From IMG/VR virus record IMGVR_UViG_3300028829_005568: a DNA stretch of 64,000 nt; one strand, given 5' to 3'. This document shows, in pieces, positions 57,516 through 64,000 of the stretch (its first letter is position 1; each line of letters starts with the position of its first letter). This DNA comes from a virus. Position numbers and translations under genes: made by a program. Under the pieces are notes generated by a model. The model had not been told where the DNA came from. It saw nothing but the letters and a program-made list of their open reading frames with translations, and did no database searches.

Positions 57516-57813
57516 TAAAGAAGTAAAGGTACATGAGAGTGGTACTACTTATTATGAGATAGTACTTAATAGTACAGAGACAGAGCAGGAACCATTAGTG
57601 CTTAGATTGTTTGAGGATATGAGCAATAAACGATTAGACTTTGAAACTAGGCAGGAGTATTTAATACGTAGACAGTATATGAATGAATACGACAAGAAAA
57701 GGAAGAAAGGATTTATAGCTTGGCCTACAGGTAAGTATGGCACTCTTACTAAAGAAAAAGCAATGCAAGTAATGGAAATGATTAATAAACAAAAAGAAGA
57801 AAAAAATGGATAA
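57508..57813 (+). CDS. Hypothetical protein
   Basis: 101 aa, overlapping neighbours. Confidence 0.5.
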   Translation: MDNKEVKVHESGTTYYEIVLNSTETEQEPLVLRLFEDMSNKRLDFETRQEYLIRRQYMNEYDKKRKKGFIAWPTGKYGTLTKEKAMQVMEMINKQKEEKNG

Positions 57814-58210
57814 AGTAGGATTTACACCGACAGGTGCAGGAGTATTATTAAATTGGCAAGTAGCTGAAAAGGATGAAGCTAAAGTGGGGATAATTCTTTC
57901 TCCTGAGTTACAGGCGGAGATTGATGCAAAGAAGAATGCATTAGAAAATGGGATCACTTCAGTGGTGTCAGTAGGACCTGATTGTAAACAAGTAAAAGTG
58001 GGAGACTGGGTATTACTTAATTCAGCAGGAAAACTTATTAATGTAGATGGAGTACAGTATGGGTTTATTAAAGAGCATCAGATTGATGGGATATATAGTA
58101 AGGAACCTAGTACTAAACGTATAGATGAGATTAGAGCTCAACCAGGAACTCTTAAAACTGAAAAGACTGAAAAGAAAGCTCTTGATTTTAAAGATAAATA
58201 TAAAATGTAA
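57806..58210 (+). CDS. GroES-like co-chaperonin
   Basis: PTGAGVLL...GIIL...VVSVGPDCKQVKVGDWVL...IKEHQIDG. Confidence 0.7.
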   Translation: MDKVGFTPTGAGVLLNWQVAEKDEAKVGIILSPELQAEIDAKKNALENGITSVVSVGPDCKQVKVGDWVLLNSAGKLINVDGVQYGFIKEHQIDGIYSKEPSTKRIDEIRAQPGTLKTEKTEKKALDFKDKYKM

Positions 58211-58434
58211 TGAAGGTACTTAAAATTAAAAAAGTAGATAATATAGATGATATTATAAAAAAATCTATTGACCATATTATTAAATCTAATAATATTATAA
58301 AAGTCAGTGTGTCTTCTTCTGATTTTAAGGAAATTCATAGAGAATACTTACATAATACAGATATTGAATTAAAAACAGGAAAACCTTATTCAATAGGGCC
58401 CGTAAATATTATTTTTAGTAAGAGAAGAAAATAA
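58210..58434 (+). CDS. Hypothetical protein
   Basis: 74 aa, tightly packed. Confidence 0.4.
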   Translation: MKVLKIKKVDNIDDIIKKSIDHIIKSNNIIKVSVSSSDFKEIHREYLHNTDIELKTGKPYSIGPVNIIFSKRRK

Positions 58435-58985
58435 TGGATTTATTTCAAATAAAAAATGATGCAGTAGCTTTTAGTCCACAAGCATTAATGATAAAGCCTT
58501 TTAAAGCTTTGTGGGATAGAGACAAAAAGAAAGGAAAGGCCGTAGCAACTGCTGAACTAGCTGCTGTTTATTTTTATGCAGATTTTAAAAGTGACTTTAG
58601 TGAGATCCTAGATGCTAAAGAGCAAATGGATACTATTAAGTCTGCAGTTATAGGAATGCCAGATAAATGGGAACCTGATAAAGTTTTTATGGAAGCAGTA
58701 AAGTTTTATAAAAAAAGACAGGAGACTATTAGCACTGTATTGTTATCTGATAGTAAAGCAGCTATATCTAAAATATCTGAATTCTTAAGGGATGTAAATC
58801 TTACAGAAGTAGATGATAATGGGAAATTTATTCATGATATAAAAAAGATTAATGATGTGATAGGTGCTTTGCCTAAGACTATAGAAACTATGGGTAAAAT
58901 GGAAGCTATGGTTAAAAAAGAATTGCAGTCAGCAGATGCTATGAGAGGTGGACACACTAAAGCAACATTTGAAGACGGGATTTGA
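58434..58985 (+). CDS. Putative terminase small subunit
   Basis: 183 aa helical protein directly upstream of and overlapping TerL; positional inference. Confidence 0.55.
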   Translation: MDLFQIKNDAVAFSPQALMIKPFKALWDRDKKKGKAVATAELAAVYFYADFKSDFSEILDAKEQMDTIKSAVIGMPDKWEPDKVFMEAVKFYKKRQETISTVLLSDSKAAISKISEFLRDVNLTEVDDNGKFIHDIKKINDVIGALPKTIETMGKMEAMVKKELQSADAMRGGHTKATFEDGI

Positions 58986-61252
58986 TATTACTAAATAAGA
59001 TACAAAAAAAGTATACTGACAAGGAATGGAAAGAGCTTGGTAAAGGAGTAACTTCGGAAATTTCTGATGTTATAGACTCTATAGAATTTATACGCAACCT
59101 AATAGACCCCAATAGAGAATATGCAAAAGACAGAGAAAAAGACAAGAGTGGTAAAATATCCATTAATATTACTAAACCCCACATACTGGAGGACATGGAT
59201 TACTTTAGGCAACCAGCCATTCACTTTCAAGAGCACGGTTCCTACACCAAGTTATACCCTAACAGACACCCACAGTCTGAATACTATAAGTTTTGGGCAG
59301 AAGAGACAAGAAGATGCAGAGAGGGTTATATAAGAAAAAGTGATGGTGAATGGATACCTGGAGACTTTTATTTTTATCTAAATTACTCTCCTATATATCT
59401 TACTAAGTTTATTGAAGGTAAAAAAAGGGGAGATAGAGTATTTGATTTTCCTAGATTATATGATGGAGATTATTTATATTATCATTATATAGAACAAGCT
59501 AAAGAAGATGGAGAGCATGGGACAATACTTAAAAGTAGGGGTAAAGGATTTTCTTTTAAAGGAGGATCTGGATTAGGAAAACATTTTGTAGTAGGAGCAA
59601 GTACAGAAGCTACTAAAGGTGTTAAAGCTTTTGCTATAGCAGATGAAAGAGAATACCTTACTAAAGATGGGGTATTAAATAAATATATTGATATTGTAGA
59701 CCACTGTTCTACACATACTCCTTGGCCAAGAGTACGTAAACTAAAAGACAGTTGGAATGAAATGCATTGGAAGATGGGCTACAAGGATGCAGAGAGTGAG
59801 AAAGAGATGGGGACCAAGAATGAGGTTATGGGAGTGACCCTCAAGAATGATCCTCAGAAAGCAAGGGGGAAAAGGGGAGCTTATCTTATTTGGGAAGAGA
59901 TGGGTAAGTTCCCCAACATCCTTACAGCTTGGCAAATTGCTAGACCATCAGTGGAAGACGGTAACTTTGCTTTTGGAACTATGGTTGCTTATGGTACTGG
60001 AGGTACAGACGGGGCAGACTTTAGAGGAGCAGAAGAAATGTTTTATTCTCCTAATGGATATAACATTAAGCACCTTATTAACGTATTTGATAAAAACACT
60101 AATGGAAAATCAATCTGCGCATTCTTCTTCCCAGAGTACCTTAACAGAACAGGATGCTATGACAGTAACGGAAACTCTGACGTTATTAAAGCACTGGCAG
60201 AAATCTTCATCAATAGAGATAAAATTAAGAAAGGAGCTTCAGACCCAAATGCTATTGTACAAGAAAAAGCAGAAAGGCCAATTACCCCTCAAGAAGCTAT
60301 CATGCGGAAAGAGGGTTCTATCTTCCCTGTTGGAGATCTCAAAGATTATTTGGCAGAGATTATGCCACATAAAGAAAAGTTTGTGAGTGGGCATTGGGTA
60401 GGAAGATTAGGTCTCACTGGAGATGGGGGAGTTAGTTGGAAGATTGAGAGTGGGTTATTTCCACAAAGAGATTACCCATTAAAAGATAATAAAAATAAAG
60501 AAGGAGCACTTGAGATATTTGAAATGCCGTATAAAGATAACTCAGGGAAAGTACCCCATGGATTATATATAGCAGGCATTGACCCTATAGATGATGATGA
60601 AAGCTCTACTAATTCTCTATACTCAATCTTTGTAATGAATTTACTTACTGATAGAATAGTGGCTGAGTATACTGGAAGAACTTTTGATGCCACTGATTGT
60701 TATGAACTCACACGTAGAGTATTGTTATTTTATAATGCTCAAGCATTATATGAGAATGATAAGAAAGGATTATATGCTTATTTTAAAAATAAAAACTGTT
60801 TACATCTCTTAGCGGATACTCCTGAAATTCTCAGAGACATGGACATTGGAACTATAAGTAAGATAGGTAATAAAAGTAAAGGAGTTAATTCTAGTACCAA
60901 AGTAAATGCTTGGGGAAGAAGACTACAGGCACAATGGATGCTTAAAGAAGCTTATGCACAGACAGAAGAGGAGGAAGAAAATCCTGTTCTTAATATGCAT
61001 AAGATAAGGAGCATAGGATATATTAAAGAGGCAATAGCCTGGAATCCAGATATAAATGCTGATAGAGTATCTGCAATGGGAGTATTAATGATACTTCATG
61101 CAGACCGTGAAAAGCAGGACTTTGATAAAATAGATGTTGAAGAAGAAAATTTAGCTACAGACCCCTTTTGGGATAGGGCTTTTAATAAAAATAGCTATAC
61201 AATAGAAAAAAATGGGCAGATCTTTGGAGCAAAACAGTTGCCAAAATGGTGA
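58982..61252 (+). CDS. terL: Terminase large subunit
   Basis: LKSRGKGFS ATPase motif, WEEMGKF, GTGG, nuclease GIDPID...S, ALYENDKKG, DRVSAMG. TTG start. Confidence 0.92.
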   Translation: MILLNKIQKKYTDKEWKELGKGVTSEISDVIDSIEFIRNLIDPNREYAKDREKDKSGKISINITKPHILEDMDYFRQPAIHFQEHGSYTKLYPNRHPQSEYYKFWAEETRRCREGYIRKSDGEWIPGDFYFYLNYSPIYLTKFIEGKKRGDRVFDFPRLYDGDYLYYHYIEQAKEDGEHGTILKSRGKGFSFKGGSGLGKHFVVGASTEATKGVKAFAIADEREYLTKDGVLNKYIDIVDHCSTHTPWPRVRKLKDSWNEMHWKMGYKDAESEKEMGTKNEVMGVTLKNDPQKARGKRGAYLIWEEMGKFPNILTAWQIARPSVEDGNFAFGTMVAYGTGGTDGADFRGAEEMFYSPNGYNIKHLINVFDKNTNGKSICAFFFPEYLNRTGCYDSNGNSDVIKALAEIFINRDKIKKGASDPNAIVQEKAERPITPQEAIMRKEGSIFPVGDLKDYLAEIMPHKEKFVSGHWVGRLGLTGDGGVSWKIESGLFPQRDYPLKDNKNKEGALEIFEMPYKDNSGKVPHGLYIAGIDPIDDDESSTNSLYSIFVMNLLTDRIVAEYTGRTFDATDCYELTRRVLLFYNAQALYENDKKGLYAYFKNKNCLHLLADTPEILRDMDIGTISKIGNKSKGVNSSTKVNAWGRRLQAQWMLKEAYAQTEEEEENPVLNMHKIRSIGYIKEAIAWNPDINADRVSAMGVLMILHADREKQDFDKIDVEEENLATDPFWDRAFNKNSYTIEKNGQIFGAKQLPKW

Positions 61253-61293
61253 TGGAATGCTATAATTGTAATTGCCCTTAAAAGAATTAATAC

Positions 61294-63696
61294 ATGTCAT
61301 CAAGCACTAGAACATTACATTTTCCGTCTCAGAAAATATCAAGAGCAAAGAAAACTGAAAAATGGGCCAAAGAATGTATAGAAGCTGGAGAAGATCTAGC
61401 TATCTTTCGTAATACAGGAATTAGGGAAAGTTATCGTAACAAACTTATTAATTATAATCTAGCTAATGATATCTTAGACACTACAGATATTGAGCAGATA
61501 TGTAATCCATTAGGACTCAAAAATGCTAATTTTCCTGCAACAATGCAGAATTATCCTATTGCTAATCCTAAGATTGATCTATTAATTGGAGAAGAGCGTA
61601 AAAGAAAATTTGATTGGCATGTAAGAGTAGTAAATGATGATGCTATTACTGATAAAGAAAATGAAAAGAAGTCTCAAATTTTCCAATTTATTCAGCAAAA
61701 AGTAGCTGCAAAGGAATTAGACGAGGAGCAAACTAAACAAGAATTAGGCAAACTAAATAAGTATCTTAATTATGAATGGCAGGACATGCATGAGAGAACT
61801 GCTTCTATGATACTTACTTATATGTACAAAACTCTAAACCTTAAAGATGCTTTTTCTAGAGGTTTTGAAGATGCACTTATATCAGGAGAAGAAATATATT
61901 GCTCAGAAATAATAGGAGGAGAGCCTGTTTTAAGAAGAGTAAATCCATTAAACCTACATACAATAAGAAGTGGTGAAAGTCCTTGGGTACAAGATTCAGA
62001 TATTATTGTAGAAGATGGCTATTATGCTCCAGGGCAAGTAAAAGATATGTTCTATGATTGGTTAACTGATCGCCAAATGAAATTAATAGATCAGGGGACT
62101 GCTTCTGATGACAGTGATGAATTTATTACTATCGGAGAAAAAGAACAATCTATAGTTATTGATGGAATAGTAGAAGGTTTCGATAATACAACAAAACCTT
62201 ACGGAGAGTATTATGATACAGAAGGTAACATTAGAGTAACAAGGGTACTTTGGAGATCAATGAAAAAAGTAGGAAAATTAACCTATTACGATGAACAAGG
62301 TCAACAACAAGAAGTTATAGTTAGTGAAGAATATAAAATCAATAAAGACTTAGGGGAAAGTATTAAATGGTTATGGGTTGGAGAATGGTGGGAAGGCACC
62401 AGACTAGGTAAAGATATTTATACTAAAATTCAAGCAAGACCAGTACAGTTTAGGTCTATGACTAATCTATCTAAATGTGGTAGTGGTTATGTAGGACTAG
62501 CGTACAATATTAATTCATCTAAGGCAAAATCGTTGATGGATAGAATGAAACCTTATCAATATCTATACAACATATTTATGTACAGAACTGAGCTGGCCTT
62601 TGCTAAAGCTAAAGGTAGAATAGCCACTCTTGATTTAGCACAGGTGCCTGATGGTTGGGAACTTGATAAATGGATGTATTATGCGGAGGTTAATGGCTGG
62701 GCAGTAAAAGATTCTTTTAAAGAAGTACGTAAAGGTGCTGCACAAGGAAAACTAGCTGGACAAATGGCTACTTCTGCAGATACTATTAATCTTGAACTAG
62801 GTAACTATATACAACAACATATTATGATGTTGCAATTTATAGAAGCTCAATTAGGAAAAATATCTGGAGTATCTGATCAAAGACAAGGACAAATAGAGAA
62901 TAGAGAACTAGTAGGTAATGTAGAAAGATCGGTTACACAAAGTTCACACATTACTGAAAAATGGTTTAGTCTACATTCTAATGTAAAAGTCAAAGCTCTT
63001 GAAATATTATTAGAAACTGCTAAACATGCCTGGAAAGGAGAAAAAGATAAAAGAGTACAATATGTACTTGATGATATGTCTACATCTATGCTTAAACTTC
63101 AGGGAGAAGAATTTAATAGTTGTGATTATGGTATAGTTGTTACTGATGGAAGTGCTGATGCTGAATTACTGGCTTCTATGAAACAACTTGCACACGCAGG
63201 TATACAGAATGATAAGCTTAATTTCTCTCAATTAATGGATATATATCTTACTCCATCTATGTCTAGCATGCGTAGAAAACTTGAGAATGCAGAGCAAGAA
63301 AAAGAAAAGCAGATGCAAGAGCAACAAGCTCAGCAACAAAAAATGCAGCAAGAGCAACTACAAGCTCAGTCACAAGAAAACCAAGCTGCAAGAGAATTTG
63401 AAATAAATAAAATAAATCTTGAATACGAACATAAGAAAGAAATAGAACTACTTAAGATACAAGGTAAAGAAGGGGAAAAATCTGTAGACTTAGACAGAGA
63501 TGGAATTCCTGACCAAATAGAAGTAGCTAGATTACAAGCTGAAGATAGTATTAAAAGAGAAGAAATAGCATCTAAAGAAAGATTGGAACAAGAAAAACTA
63601 GAACATGATTCTAAAGAAGCAGAAAAAGATAGACAAAATAAACTAGAGCTGGAAAGAATAAAAATAAGAAATAGGCCAAAAGCTGTAGTAAAATAA
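61294..63696 (+). CDS. Portal protein
   Basis: 800 aa directly after TerL; NYPIANPKIDLLIGEE, GISDQRQGQI-like segment, Q/E-rich coiled-coil tail, typical of crAss-like gene order. Confidence 0.85.
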   Translation: MSSSTRTLHFPSQKISRAKKTEKWAKECIEAGEDLAIFRNTGIRESYRNKLINYNLANDILDTTDIEQICNPLGLKNANFPATMQNYPIANPKIDLLIGEERKRKFDWHVRVVNDDAITDKENEKKSQIFQFIQQKVAAKELDEEQTKQELGKLNKYLNYEWQDMHERTASMILTYMYKTLNLKDAFSRGFEDALISGEEIYCSEIIGGEPVLRRVNPLNLHTIRSGESPWVQDSDIIVEDGYYAPGQVKDMFYDWLTDRQMKLIDQGTASDDSDEFITIGEKEQSIVIDGIVEGFDNTTKPYGEYYDTEGNIRVTRVLWRSMKKVGKLTYYDEQGQQQEVIVSEEYKINKDLGESIKWLWVGEWWEGTRLGKDIYTKIQARPVQFRSMTNLSKCGSGYVGLAYNINSSKAKSLMDRMKPYQYLYNIFMYRTELAFAKAKGRIATLDLAQVPDGWELDKWMYYAEVNGWAVKDSFKEVRKGAAQGKLAGQMATSADTINLELGNYIQQHIMMLQFIEAQLGKISGVSDQRQGQIENRELVGNVERSVTQSSHITEKWFSLHSNVKVKALEILLETAKHAWKGEKDKRVQYVLDDMSTSMLKLQGEEFNSCDYGIVVTDGSADAELLASMKQLAHAGIQNDKLNFSQLMDIYLTPSMSSMRRKLENAEQEKEKQMQEQQAQQQKMQQEQLQAQSQENQAAREFEINKINLEYEHKKEIELLKIQGKEGEKSVDLDRDGIPDQIEVARLQAEDSIKREEIASKERLEQEKLEHDSKEAEKDRQNKLELERIKIRNRPKAVVK

Positions 63697-63797
63697 AAAA
63701 GCTATAAGAATCTAATATTTTTTGTTAGATTTAAAAACAAATTTTTGGGAATATAAGTATAAATTAAGATAATTGTAAATTAAATAATAAATAAAAA

Positions 63798-64000
63798 ATG
63801 GGAGAAGAATTATTTGATGTAAATTTAAATTCACTTGATATGCAGGAAGAAGCTATTGATGTGTCTGAATTTACACAACCTGCTGTGGAGGATACTCCTG
63901 CAGAGGATAAAATAGAATTAGAAGATTCTACTGAAGAGACAACTGAAGAAGTTGTTAATAAAGAAACTAAAGAGACTAAAGAGGAGAAGAAGGAAGATCT
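63798..64000 (+). CDS. Probable capsid scaffolding-type protein (3'-truncated by window)
   Basis: ATG 63798, frame open to the window end, very acidic (MGEELFDVNLNSLDMQEEAIDV...); position after portal. Confidence 0.55.
   Translation, partial: MGEELFDVNLNSLDMQEEAIDVSEFTQPAVEDTPAEDKIELEDSTEETTEEVVNKETKETKEEKKED

Noticed and set aside
56187-63777. TTAGATTTA and TAATTGTA near several + strand starts as a late promoter
   Set aside because: Spacing is inconsistent (9 vs 37 nt) and the words are expected by chance in AT-rich DNA.
1-64000. Stop-codon reassignment as in some crAss-like phages
   Set aside because: All core genes, including a 14.6-kb ORF, are intact under the standard code.
1-64000. 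CRISPR array, integrase, transposase, intron/intein, DGR
   Set aside because: No regularly spaced repeats or diagnostic motifs seen; TerL, PolA and helicases are uninterrupted.

Overview
The window is about 64 kb of an AT-rich crAss-like (Crassvirales-type) podophage genome, most likely infecting a Bacteroidota host; no host DNA, CRISPR array or intact tRNA was recognised. It has three blocks. (1) 1-29.1 kb, + strand: virion cargo/ejection proteins. These include a polyvalent GNAT/ADP-ribosyltransferase-like protein, a lysozyme-like cargo protein, a 4871-aa virion RNA polymerase (DYDID motif) fused to an SF1 helicase and a zincin domain, and a 1590-aa zincin/nuclease/membrane protein. (2) 29.2-55.6 kb, - strand: replication and accessory genes (ligase, SET, SPL-type radical SAM, T9SS-like secreted protein, nucleases, primase, SSB, Sak4, DnaB, SF2 helicase, MoxR/VWA, PolA), small early ORFs and two strongly base-paired non-coding regions. 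(3) 56.2-64 kb, + strand: HU-like, GroES-like, TerS, TerL, portal and the start of a probable scaffold gene. The best finding is a start-less M15-type peptidoglycan peptidase frame (9311-9700) missing from the ORF track. It is joined to the 909-aa cargo gene by a canonical lambda-type G GGA AAG -1 slippery site directly before that gene's stop codon. A second possible -1 site (4621-4627) would fuse two other cargo genes. All protein calls come from motifs read by eye; no database searches were run.
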